From assembly GCA_022813965.1 (NCBI GenBank), contig JALDZS010000059.1, positions 62,001-124,920 on the forward strand: a DNA stretch of 62,920 nucleotides, in the 5' to 3' direction. Positions 50,555-62,920 of the stretch are shown here, in pieces. The DNA is from Toensbergia leucococca (Eukaryota). The translations under genes and the position numbers were made by a program. The notes below the pieces were generated by a model. That model saw only the letters and a program-made list of their open reading frames with translations, did not search any database and was not told the DNA's origin. The first letter of the stretch is position 1. Every line of letters begins with the position of its first letter.

Positions 50555-52149
50555 CTTGTTGATTTGGATGGCTTATCTGATAGCATTTCCAAAATCAGGA
50601 AAGATGGTGTTGGTGGTGGGTGAGGTGAGTAAAAAGGGTATGGTGGAAAGCTGGTGTGACGAGGTAAGGCCGCTGTCTGTCAAGCTCTTGACTCTTTCAT
50701 AGTTCAGTACCGACTACCTACTCTACCCTGCGTGTATGCAGTGAAGTCTCAAATGGCTCTCTTTGGAGTGAAGAACAGCTATCTGGCAACTGACTTATTT
50801 TTGTATGCCTATGCTTACACGCCATCTTTAATAGGGATGGAGCATTCACAGTAAAAGGCACACAATTGCAGCTTCACCCTGGTGATAGCTCACTCTAATC
50901 GGTCAAGGAGCTGACGGTCTCATCCATCATCGATACCGAATACTTGCATGCGTGATTGCTACTGAATTTATGCGTCCGTTGCTGCTTTTTTCTTTGTTCT
51001 GTATTCATACGAATCTTGTTTTATATGTATCAGCCTCATGTCTTTTGACCTTTGACAATTTCAACTCACAATGTCGCTCCTCCAATCTTGTCCTTTCATC
51101 ATATATATATGAGTCGACTTTCTTTTTCTTATGATACACACAACCCTCATCTCTTCGGCTTTTCAAGATGTCCAACCACAATTCCACTCGCCCATATTTT
51201 CGCTCTCACCCTATATATATAACTTTCTTCCTTCCTATCACTAAGGCTCAAGCTTGGCAAGACTATCATGTACCTTTGCTTCAGCCGCAAGCTGTCTCTC
51301 TGAGGTAAGCCTACCTACTTACCGTACCCGCTTGATGGGTTTTGCCCCAGCGGGCCTTCCTCGAGCTACTTTAAAGTATAGTATGAGCCTTAACCGGATC
51401 TAGGAGGCAAATCTGATTTGTGGAAAACATTTTAAAATGTCACTCGGCGAGCAGAACGTGAGTTTCTTTGATTCATAGTCATCAAACTTTCTCAACAGCT
51501 TTCAGCTTGAGTGCTCCAATCATCGAGTTACTTGCAAAGACACCAAACCTTAGCTTTGATTCCTGCAATTAGAGTTACTTCCACGCACATCCTTATTTTT
51601 CTCTTTCGCATCACGGATCCTGAAATCTGGCATTCATGAAAAACATAAAAATGATACTTGTTCTCAAAACTCAGAGATGTTCCATTCACACAGCCGACTC
51701 GGTCTTCATTCTGAAATTAAGACTCCACTGGGCCACCTTCTTTAGAGGCTTCATTCATTCAAGAGGGTGACTATTTAAAGCCCAGTATATTAAAGCGTTT
51801 CACGTTCAAACCTGCTCGATCTCTAACGCTTTTACACATTAAGGTTGGGTCTTTCCTTCTTTCTACCAAACCTTAAAGCTATCAGGCTGAAAGTCAATAG
51901 ATTCAAAAAAGTCAGTACTTGGATTCTCCAAAAGAGAATCATTACTCGTTCTTATTTATCTCTCGGAAGCTGTCGTTCCTGCTTTCTTAAAGAATTGACT
52001 TTCTCATTGATTTTACTCTTGACAAAGCTGATGTATATAAGCTACAGATCCGCCAACTGCGTTCTTCTCTATCTTTTCGATACACAATCACTCTCACAAC
52101 CTTCGAGTCGCTTCGCTTCTGTCCATCAGAAAGCTCGTAAAACTTCCAC

Positions 52150-53000
52150 TAGTCGCTACCTCCTTTCGAAACTCGTGGTACCTGCGGAAAATGTCGAAAA
52201 AGTCGGTTCTCGATCTCATACAGGAGAAGCTCCGGTTGAGCTCGCTTCAAAGATCACAGACCTTGCAATCTGCCCGGGAAGAGTCTTTCCTGGACAAAAA
52301 CCAAACCAACACGGCTTCTATAAACGTGCGGATCGTTCAGGCTATCCTGAACCTGCGACAAACCTTCTCTCACTTAACCGCGATTGCTACGACCATTATT
52401 CAAAACGTCTATATACCGAGAATATTTTTGTCTTTCCACCCAGCAATAGCGAAGGCGACAACAATGACTGGTTTTATTGGCTTCATACAGATAGACGTGA
52501 CACGATTCGCAAGTGGGAGATGTTTTTCTCCCGTGATGACTTCATGCACCTCACGGACGAGAAAATCAGCCGTGACTTCCACTTCAGGTGCATGGATCTG
52601 ACAGAACACGTCCCTTCTGAAAAGCCTTATCAGGGACGCTGCGACTGTGGAACGATTGGCACACTGGGCAAGAAACTTCCATGCCATGACAGAATACTTT
52701 CGTGATAGCGATCATGTCATTCTCGATTTTAGTGATTGCTATTCTGTGGCGGAAACCGACCATGACCCTAAATTCCTAGGTATCGAGCTTGCTCAACGAC
52801 TTGGACATCTCCACGGCTATGAAGGACTCCCAAAATACCTACAGATTCATGCCCCAACCATGGAATTAGCGGAGGACATTGCTCAGATCGTACTCATTGG
52901 GCAAGGTCTTCACCGCTGCAGCAAAACAGAGCCTTGCAAATATCTCCTTCTCGCACCCCACGAAGAGATTTATGGCACCGATGAAGAGGAAGGGGACTAG
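52150..53000 (+). pseudogene. Frameshifted fungal hypothetical gene
   Basis: Frame with APVELASKITDLAI...NLLSLNRDCYDHYSKRLYTENIFVF overlaps a second protein-like frame (HWARNFHAMTEYFRDSDHVILDFSDC) near 52620-52700; no clear start. Confidence 0.45.
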
Positions 53001-56000
53001 AATCATGGTTCATACAGCATAGGTTTTTTTGCCTAGGGGGAAGAGGATGTGGATGACGGTAATTAGGGGTCCGACATAATGATCTAGACGTGGGTCTGAG
53101 AACCAATCTCTGTTTTGGGTATGGTCAGTCTTTGAGAAAAATACGCGCAAATTTGAAGAAACCCTTCTGCTGCAACACCATTTACTATGATCTGATGCAT
53201 TGAGTTTTGACCTCTGCAGATAGCACAAAACCCTGATGAATGGATATGTCACAATAATCAACAACGAGTACTTCTTCATCAACGTTAGACCTGTACAATT
53301 GAGAGTACCTCAAACTAAAGTTGAATAAACCCTACTCATACTATTGTCTTCTCGCTGCACGGGCATTTATCTCACCTCAATATGTCATCGTGGTCAATAC
53401 CCTGAAAAAGACATCACCATCGGCACTAGATGTCTACGCCAAACAAGCAAACCTGGAAAGCCTCGGTAAGTAAACATTTATTTTCCTTAAGTCCCAATGT
53501 CTAATCCGAAGTAGGGGCCGCCACGCCAATACAAAATGAACATCCTCATATCACCACTAGTGCCACAGACATTGACAATGCCTTGAAGAAACACGCAAGT
53601 CCTTTCACCAATATGGTACATGGCAAGGTGACACCAGATCTTACTACTCAGAACTCCCCATCACTTTGAGGAAATTATATCACCGGAGGATACATATCAG
53701 TCATGAACCATGTTACTTCTCAAGTGCGGAGCGTATATCTAAAACTTCAAAGGCAACAAAAAGCTCTTGGTGCACTCCGCGTGTGAGTAATCTGGATTTT
53801 GAGTTTCTGAAAAGCCTGATTGTAACACTAGGATGTGGGATCAACTCGCAGGGTCGTACTAAGACATGAATCCTCAAAATGAGCAGACTTCTCTCTACCG
53901 GGCAGCGTTATATTCATTGAGCAGTATTCTCTCTGTGAGAGAAAGCAATCTAGCGATCCTCGGGGCTAAGGACTCCGAAGAGGAATTCGTCAGCGTAAGA
54001 GACTTATATGACGAAATATATACTCCACCTGGAACTGAAGGAACCCCATCAACGTCTAGATCCCCCAACCCGGCGTACATGAGCGGCGGCCTTGGATGTA
54101 ATAGCCTAACCTTAGAAGTCGGTGATGTAAGTCTCGATGCTTTAGCTGGCGAATCGTCCAAAAGGCCTTGAATGACCGTCGACGATATGATGAACCCAAC
54201 GTCGGAGAATCCTATTGACAACCTGGTCCCTAATCGAATGACGAAGGCTCCAGTCAAACGCGTCGGCAAGAAGAAGGTCAGGTTGGTGAATGTTGATAGA
54301 CAGAGGTCTTGAAGCTAAATCATTCCTCATCAATGCTCACCCGGCATCCTCATCTACCACCAAGCAGCTAACGTAACGCACAATGACAACAGCAGACAGT
54401 TCACTTATCAGATCTAGCCGTCTCTCACGCCAGCTCCATACATCATGGCTAGCGAAAAAGGCAAGAAGGCAAGGAGGTAAGTTTTGTTCAGACATAGTAC
54501 TTCATTGTGAGAAGATTCAGAACTTTGCATGGTCCTCGCACGCTCTGTCTTCTCAGAATAGTTGAACATACTTTTACTATTCAGATTTCGGTTATCTTGC
54601 TTGGCCAAGCTACTACCAAGTGAGGTAACAGACTTCAGAAGTCTGACTTCTGAATAGCACGAGTATGCAACGCACTTCTCGTGAGGTCCTTGAGGGTTGA
54701 AACCTGATGTCTCCCAAAATATATACCTTACCCCATCAAGCTCAATACCATCTCTTGTTTGAGCTTAGCTGACTGCCAATCTTGCAGGTGTTCTCTGGTG
54801 CCTTCTCTGGCATCGATATCCCGGAGGCAGGGGTCACACATCCACTTTCATGCAAAAGACCTTCGCTTCAATGGTCGTTCTGGCCCCCCCTTATGTGTAA
54901 TTCTTGAGTATTATGCCAAGTATAGACTTATGAATATTCTCAAAAAAAAAAAAGCAGAAGCCGAAGCACTTAATTCTATTCTGATGCTAGCGCAGATGTT
55001 CACTCCTGAAGCCTATCGAAAATGCGCAGGTGATGCAAGAAATATCCGCAAGCGGTTCAGCATACAGCAGTTGGAACTTCCCAACTCTCGACCAAATATG
55101 CCGTGATGTCCAGGAATTGCTGAACGTGGCACTGAATGCAGATACGGCGGCAGATTACGAAAAGGTCCTACTCAGCATTTAGAATGAGTACTTTGATACA
55201 ATAAGCTGTGATAATCCAGAGGATTGATTCCCAGACGAGAGAGCCAAGAATCTAAGTGCGGAGAGGCTGAAGAGGGCCCCACGCTCGTTTGAAAACATGA
55301 CACCAAACACTCCTAGAAAGAAAGGCCAACCTTTCAAGACATTTAACACTCCTCCGGCATTGTTGGCTGAGTCCGAAAAGAACACATCTGTTCCCCAGTA
55401 TCGCGTACGACACGTACCCGGGCCCACGACCCTATGAGACATGAAGCGAAGCCTACCATACCCGCAACTCCATCTGAGCTCCACAGGTCGGTAGCTGCAA
55501 CATTGAGCCCTGCGCTAGTGAAGTCGTCCACCTTAGGAAAGAAAGTCAAAGGCAAGTACATCGATGAGCCAGATATGGCAGAAGAGAAGAAGCGTAGGCT
55601 TGCCAAATTTGAAAAAGAAGAAGCAGCGAGACGTGCGCGTAATCAGGAGCGCTTCAAACAACAGCGGATACAAGTTGAAGACGGATATCGTGAGCAGAGT
55701 ACGTTTCTCACCCGCTTCTAGATCTCGCTAAATTTGAACAGCGGCAGATGATATCAAACACCATCCCCAAACTTCTAGGAAGCGCCCAGCAAAGTTGTCT
55801 AATAGTAGAGAAGCCCCTCCGGTCAAGACCAAAGAATAATGAAGACGAATCCTGTGGTGATAATCAAAAAGACAAAGACGAAGCCTGTCATCGAGATAGA
55901 GAAATTGAAGACGAATCCTCCTTCGGGAGGTACGCCGGGTGATGAAATTTTGGGGACCATTGAAGGAGAAGCTCCCCTAAGGCGAGTAATCTTCGAGCCG

Positions 56001-56735
56001 GTAAGTCTCCTGGACCTCTTCGGCTTCGTGAGAAGCGGACACAGAAATAATCCGAGCCTACTAATTTCAGATCCGACCTGCTTCTTAGTTCGGGTTGAAT
56101 CAGGTACGTTAACATTTAATTCAGATCTATTCAATTCTCTGACCGCTTTTTGAAGAAAATCCATGTATTGAACATCGTCATATCATCATTGGTATCTTGG
56201 ACTTCTAATACGATCAACTCACCTAAGACGGAACTTGAATTGAATTTAGATAGACAAATCAACGAATGAAGCAATTCGACACTTTCAGAAGAGACGTTGA
56301 ACATCAAGGCTCACATCTAGGTGGGCATTGCTGTGAGAACCGAGAAAATCAACATTCAACCTATCAGACAGTGCCTACATTGGACAATCAATAATAGCTG
56401 ACTATTGTTCCATCTTAGAGTACGTTACGATAAACTCAAGTATAACCTATTCTACGACGATCATTAAAAAACTCCACTGACCCTCTGACCAAGAGAAGGA
56501 CTTCTGAGTTCACCAAGACTTATTTCCGGCTGCCTGCGTCTTCAGAGAAGAGTTTATTAGTTACTCAATTAAAATGTCATAATCGAGGAATCAAAGAGAA
56601 GCACACTTCAATGAGGGTCAGAAATAGAATAGAGAATACTAGTAAAATTCACACTAACAGAGCAGCACTAAGTATTGCCGTCACAATCAAGGATCAATTC
56701 GCATGACTGAAGGACCATCTCCTACCGCGAGTTGA

Positions 56736-56905
56736 ATGGGCACGGTCATAACTTTCATTCAAAAGCCTAGGCTGTTCATGGACACCATCAAGCGCCTAAC
56801 AGTTACCCACCAAATAGGCGGGAGAGTACACATCGTTGAAGAAAGGATAGCGAAAATATCTAGGTGGTCAGTGCCTAAGGGCCAAAAGGGTGTTCGCGAG
56901 TTCAT
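56736..56905 (+). mobile_element. Short Ty3/gypsy pol remnant (RT thumb/connection)
   Basis: HIVEERIAKISRWSVPKGQKGVREF resembles the region following the RT core in gypsy pol. Confidence 0.45.
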
Positions 56906-58436
56906 CGAGCCTAAAGTCACATTAGTTGGCTTCAATATTGCGAACGATATTGGAATTTTCAAGCTTCAAGATGAATTCCCCTCAAGTCACAATTGAGCGG
57001 AGATTGACTAACTCATGAAGAGAGATGAGCTGTTGGTATCTCCAAGAGATGGGTTTTGTATTCATTTAATTTAGCAGCGTCATTACCTACGTCAAAAAGG
57101 TATAGTGAAAAGCTCTGTTGAAAGAAAGGGTACACTGGAGTATTCATCAATGCGAAACGAAATGAGGCACTTTCTCCGTCTCACTACTTCAGCTACCCGA
57201 TCTACAATGCATATGACCTCGAGTAGGAAGGTAAAATGATTCTCACACAGATAGGAAAATCTTTAACGATGAGTCTTGCAAGGACTTTATTTGAACCAGA
57301 GCATATGAAAATGCTCTATGAGAACCAGGGTGGTTAACGATAGCTAACCCGTTTGTGCCTTTGGTGCCTGTGTCAGATCAACACCACCCGGGTAGCCTTC
57401 ATTCATTTGTTGCCGTCCATGATCAAGCGGGGTACGCTCACCAGGGCTAAGAAAACCTTGGTCACTCAGCATGAGGAGGAACAGAAGAAGGCCGTCAAGA
57501 ACGTAGAGACCGCGGACGCAACCCAGCACCTCAAATTGAAAGCCCTAAAGAGAAGTTTGACAGGGGTTCACGGGTGTGACATCAACTTCAAAAACTCTCA
57601 GGCTCTACTGACAGGGTACTTGAGGATAACCAACATCAAGGAGCTGTGAGACACAATCTTCAAGTCAGGTGTACCGGCGTACTCAATACTGAAACAATGG
57701 CATGATCTCTGACAATCAGGGTTTCAGATCCTCAATGTGACAAGAAAAATCAATTGAATTGTCAGGACTCTCTGACACAGCATCAAGGTGCATCCGGCAG
57801 CATTCATGGCTGCCATGAATGAAAAGCGCCTGAAGTTGTTACTGAGTGTTGAATTCAGCAATAGTATCATATGAGGTGAGCTGTATCCGGGCAAAACACC
57901 ACAGTGGCAGTGAAAGATGTAACTGCGCCGAGGAGGGACGAAAACTATGCCTGATCAATCGGCATCATGAGGCAGTAAGGAATGAAGATGAAGAGATAAG
58001 CTGGTGGTTGCCTTTCTAGGATGAAGTCGAGAGCGAGGAGAAATACGAGCAAAAGAAGCGCAAGCGAGAAGAAAAGCCAAAGCCAAAGCCAAAGCCAACA
58101 AAGGTCATTCCAAAAAGAAAGATGGTTGTACAGACGTATGCTATTTTCTAAGGGCGTCAAAGCGATCTCAAGAATATCAAGAAACGCATGGGGAGCGCAT
58201 GCTTTGCAAAGATTGAAGATGTAAGCTTTGATATTAATTCTGTTGACAAGATGTGCAAGGATCTGAAAGAAGCCTTTGATGATGGAAATTTCCTCGTTTC
58301 ATAATAGGAGGAAAATATAGGATGCCCCGACTCCAATTTCGAGTCTACAATGTTCCAGGAGCCCCTGAATAATGAGAAGAAGGCATATAATTGTGGCAAC
58401 TGCTGCTGATCGTGACGTCAAAATAACACAGATTGT

Positions 58437-58900
58437 TTGCTGATCCCGAACATCTTCGTGGTTTGGAAGACGCAAGCGGACGGAAAAAGGGCTGGAAGGG
58501 CTGTGATTGACACACGAGGCCTAAATCAGATCACGCAAACCGATGCATATCCAATTTCCCTTCAGGAAGACATCATTGCAAAGGTGAAAGACTGTTCATA
58601 CATCTCAGTAGTGAATTGCACATCTTTCTTCTATCAGTGGAGAGTGCATGCAGATGATCAAGATAAGCTCACAATAGTTTCACATCGCGGTCAGGAGACC
58701 TCAAATGTCGCGCTGATGGGCGCAAAGAACAGCATATCATATGTTCAACGTCACATAAACAGAATTAATTCTAAGGCCATACAAGCATTTTGCGAGCGCC
58801 TTCATCGACGATGTGGTTATACATTCCAAGTCACTGGAAGATCACCTTTATCACCTTCGGGAACTTTTAACCTTTTTCATCATAACATCTCTCTTAATCT
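58437..58900 (+). mobile_element. Ty3/gypsy reverse transcriptase remnant, frameshifted
   Basis: FVVWK..GRAVIDTRGLNQITQTDAYP..LQEDII..FFYQWRV..SHRGQE..LMG.KNS.SYVQR, then after a frameshift ILRPYKHFARAFIDDVVIHSKSLEDHLYHL. Confidence 0.9.
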
Positions 58901-59096
58901 TTTTTTCTGCTTCTTACAGTGAACCTTGTTCGTCAGTCGTAGGTTGACGCAGATGCTCGATGCCAGAGATCAAATGCGGACTGAGCTATGCCGCTTCTTC
59001 TATTGGTATCATGATATTCATGATGAATGATCAGTGTTTTTATGTGTTCCTGACTTTGCGCTATGGGCCTTTCCTACGGAGGGGTGGGTAAGTATT

Positions 59097-59357
59097 TGTG
59101 AGACAGGATCCCGAAAACACCAATGACCGTCTCCTTGCCTCAGTATTACAACCTGCAAGAGGGCGTTGAGAAAAAGGTGGCTTATATAAAGGCAAGAGCA
59201 AGAGAAACGGACACAGTATGTATGCTCTTGCGAGGAGACGAAAACACCAAGACAATAGAAAGGCTCAGTGCAGTATACTGAAGCCTGTACATTCCTTGGG
59301 CCTCCGAAATTGGCTTGAAGCAAACGTACTTTCTACCTTCTTCCCAAATACTTCACA
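59097..59357 (+). mobile_element. Candidate 3' LTR
   Basis: TGTGA...TCACA inverted termini, purine tract ggaggggtgggtaa just upstream, internal TATATAAA, downstream of the RT remnant; no TSD seen. Confidence 0.35.
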
Positions 59358-62300
59358 GGTGGTGCAGGTATTGCTATCTGCAGGTCCCGCTAAGATTATA
59401 TGTTGACCTACCCTCTACTGCATTTTCCCTTACTCTTAACATCATTCAATGATGGAAGTCATCTATGATCATACGCGAAGACAGTACTCCTCAGCAGCCA
59501 TCTCTTCAGCTCATGACCGCAAAAGATAGAACCCTAATAAAAGTCACCTCACGGGTAGCTTATCTAAGCAATATTCATGTAATTCATCATCATACGCACA
59601 TGTTGTATCTCATAAAGATGACCTCACTGAAGAGTCATCAGAAGAGAAGGGTATCGTTTTCACAGGTGAAAGACATCAGAGCTGCCTTTATCTTGCTGAT
59701 TAGAAGAAACTTCACAGGGTAGTGAAATGAAGGATTGATCAGCTCAAAAAAGTGAACAAGTTCAGTCACTTATAGTAGATGAGCAGTGATTGACTTTCAA
59801 AATCTGAAGCGTTAAGCAATAATGTCTATGACCTGTCTTTTCATCTCCATGCAATTTCAGTCTGAAAACAAATCTTTGAATATCAAGGGTGTCAGCTCAA
59901 GACAGCTCCTCATCTCATTAGAAATTGACAGCAAATCAAAGAAGATGAGAGATTTATACAGAGAGCTTCGACGCTCGAACACCAAATTACTTTCGAAACA
60001 GATTGTCAAAGAGGTAGATGCTATTGAATTACGCCAAAGTATCTGCTGTACCTCGGACGAGATCGATGACCATCCGCGAACCGCCAGAGAGTGCCTTGCA
60101 AGAATGTTCCTTGATAGAGAGGTCCCTCCTGTCGAGACCGAAAATGTGAAGCCGAATCCTATTATCGAGACCGAAAAGTCGAAGACGAGTCAGGTTCCGG
60201 GCGGCGCACCGAGTGAAGAGGTTTTGCAGACGATCGAAGGGAAACCACCCTTTGAGGAGAGTCATTTTCGAGCCCGTAAGTCTTCTGGACCTCTTCGGCT
60301 TCGTTTACTATCTGTCTCTCAGAATAGTAGTATGCCCATCGCCGCGAGATCGTACGGACCGCCAATAGAGTTGTACGAACCGATTTGCCTCCGATGTAGT
60401 AAGAGAATTGCTGTGGCCCCTGCTCCATGCACGAAGCCGAATATCAGCAAGTGTTAGTACTACATTTTGCTACATTCCCGTGGTTGTTCCGTAGGTTGCA
60501 TTCTCTGCAGAGTGTCTGGGCCACTCCATGGGATGGAATAAATCTACCAAGAGCTAGAATGGCCCCGGCTGATATCAGCGCGCATGTCAAAGCTCTAAAT
60601 ATTAATTTGAAGGGATTCAGCTTTTGAAGTCAGTTCAAAAGACATCAGCATCCGAGGATATGCGGAGAGAAATTCATCTAAATCAGAATGATCGATCAAG
60701 GTGACATATGATCTCTCTATGACATATCATGCCCACATCAATTCATCAAACACTCTTCTCAAGCGCTCCAACTTACTCTGTAAACTCTTACCATACTTTG
60801 AAGAAACAGGGTCTAGTTCTTGATGATGAAGATAAGATATACATCATCATCACCACCATTATGTACGATTTCAGAGAATAAAGTCTTCATAGTGTAAGAG
60901 AGCTGCATGACCACTCACCTGCGGTAGGACTCCGGGAGGGACACCGATTATGATGACGCATCTTCTTGCGATGTCAGTGGCGAAAAGCCCGCAGATTGTG
61001 GGATGGATGGTTGTGAATAGAGTATGACAGGTGATGCCAATGCTGGATATATTTACTCTACTGACCGTCCACCAGCGCCGCTAAAAGATGTAAAATGATT
61101 GGGACGTTGAGGGTCACCGACAGTAACCTCGATGTCTTGAATTTAATATCCTGGACGTCATGTCTACCGAACTCATCACCACCACCAAAAAGCAGACTCC
61201 AATCGATGACTCCAAGCCGCAGGAAAACATTCGTGCGTTTGCAGATATCTTGAACCTTGTTGTGATGCGGATAGGAGGTAGATCCCTCTGAGCAGTTTTG
61301 TGCAATGATCAAGAGGCTGAATCAGGGCTGTGATGGGATGAGAATTAATCAATAGCGAGAAAGATCAAAGAATACACCGCGCGACGCTCAGCCAAAACGC
61401 GAAGGCTAACATCAAGGTTGCCCAAAATCCGCTTTGTGGGTCCTCGATCCACGATGTTGATTTTCCCGCAAGTTTCAATATTTCCAGCTTCTTATCGCAA
61501 CTAGACATTAGACATCCTTTTACTGTAAGTCATCTTTCGTATTTCTTCTTTGCACGGCCTTTCTAGAGTAGCATGTACCGAATCCCTAGAGAAGTCAAAT
61601 ACCTTTGTTAATTGTTTTGTCCAGACATAGTGCTTCCTTATGATAAGTTTTGGGACCCTCGTTGGTTCCATTCTCCCAGAAGAGTTGAATCAAAGCGACA
61701 CACTTTCTGTTGGGTCGTTAGAGACTGAAGCCTGACATCTTCGAAATGACCTACCTCACTCCATCCAATTCTGATGTCCCCTCTGTGTGTGTGCTTTGCT
61801 GATGGTAGTGGTGAATGTGATAGATGTCCACCTACAAGTCAACATGTTGACTCAATGAAATTGATGAGAGGTCAAGCTCATTTGATGAAGCAAAGCAGAC
61901 ACACACTTGTCAGTTGAACACTCATGAGACTGTGAAATGAAATGTCCTTTGATGGCAAAGGAAGAATGACTCCTCCCATTTCCCTGTGCATGTCTCAGTG
62001 ATAGTCCTGTTCATAAATTTTCTCACGCAAAGGAATGAAATGCTGTCATCGTCCTTGCAGAGTTACTTCAGATCTGAACTGAGGAGTTCAAGCTCATCAT
62101 TGACTCAACTGAAAACAGAGTCCCTGTTCTAAAGCTAGTATCTGTCACGGATCTTCAAAGGGTGCGTACCTCCGTCTGCACTACAACTGAACTCTACAGA
62201 AAACACTCTGAGGAGGTGATACCTCACAGGATCACACGTCATACAAAATATGTTAATACAAGATTACTGGCCATACTATTTGCTGATGGAATTGACATCA

Positions 62301-62819
62301 CGCGAATGCTACCTTGTAAAGTGGCGCGGATACTATTGAAAATGTGGTGGCATGCATGGTTGATGCAACTTCGTCATTGGGCGAATAATGAAAGCCTTAC
62401 GACTGATAGAAAGAGGTGTCCGGGCTGATTTGCCTCCTTCAGTCACTATGGCTGAGAGTGTAAGAGCCCGGAAAGCGTTCTACACAGCCGATGAGTTCTT
62501 GATCCATATCAAAAGACAAAGGCTGTAAAATCAAAGACTAGCTTAAGATGATCAGACTCATGTCAACACTATGACAAACTTGCAAGGACGCTCAATGCCG
62601 ACCTGAGAGACATAAGCTCCGTTTTCCCTCCATCAGAGCCAGAAGAAGGGATTGAGCACTTGAAATCTGTTATCAAGAGCGAAATCAAAAGGTGGTTCAT
62701 CGACAGTGACAAGAAGCCTGACTTGTCAAGTGTGTGAAGGGCATCAGATGAACCCTCTTTTTCTGATGCTCATCAAATATTTAAACATAAGAGACCTCCT
62801 CATTGCAATTTCTCTATCT

Positions 62820-62822
62820 ATC

Positions 62823-62916
<94 letters not shown>

Positions 62917-62920
62917 CATC
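62820..62920. repeat. Perfect heptamer tandem array (TCATTCA)n, ~14 copies, running off the window end
   Basis: Direct reading of the sequence. Confidence 0.95.

Noticed and set aside
56900..57830. Trypsin-like protease remnant (DIGIFKL, GASGS)
   Set aside because: The motifs are too short and not linked by a continuous frame.
62820..62920. Telomere or CRISPR array
   Set aside because: No spacers, eukaryotic context, and the unit lacks the outward G-rich telomeric pattern.

Overview
Eukaryotic genomic DNA from a filamentous ascomycete (Pezizomycotina). Short introns with CTRAC branch sites support this; a lichen-forming Lecanoromycete is my guess, not a result. Bases 1-50,600 are gene-dense and mostly housekeeping: RPL25, TIM8, HIS3, MIPC synthase, NMN adenylyltransferase, a PH-LRR protein, PET127, VPS68, LOC1, an Eht1/Eeb1-family hydrolase, cohesin loader Scc4, CENP-A, derlin, FES1, actin, a divergent GH3, CENP-I/Mis6, an SPT small subunit and a C12orf65-like release factor. 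This part also holds a few orphan ORFs and a ~1.06 kb non-autonomous TIR transposon. From ~50,600 to the end the DNA is degenerate: broken genes, Ty3/gypsy RT remnants, CpG-depleted patches and a terminal (TCATTCA)n array. Best leads: (1) repeated ~0.5-1 kb domains that switch from C-rich to G-rich on the + strand regardless of gene orientation; (2) a GH3 lacking the KHFPGHG motif, possibly a non-catalytic GlcNAc binder; (3) a recurrent intergenic TACG(G)AGTA motif; (4) the TIR element; (5) GC-AG and AAG splice sites. I found no clearly novel multi-gene system. Exon boundaries were read by eye, and family assignments come from motif recognition without database searches.
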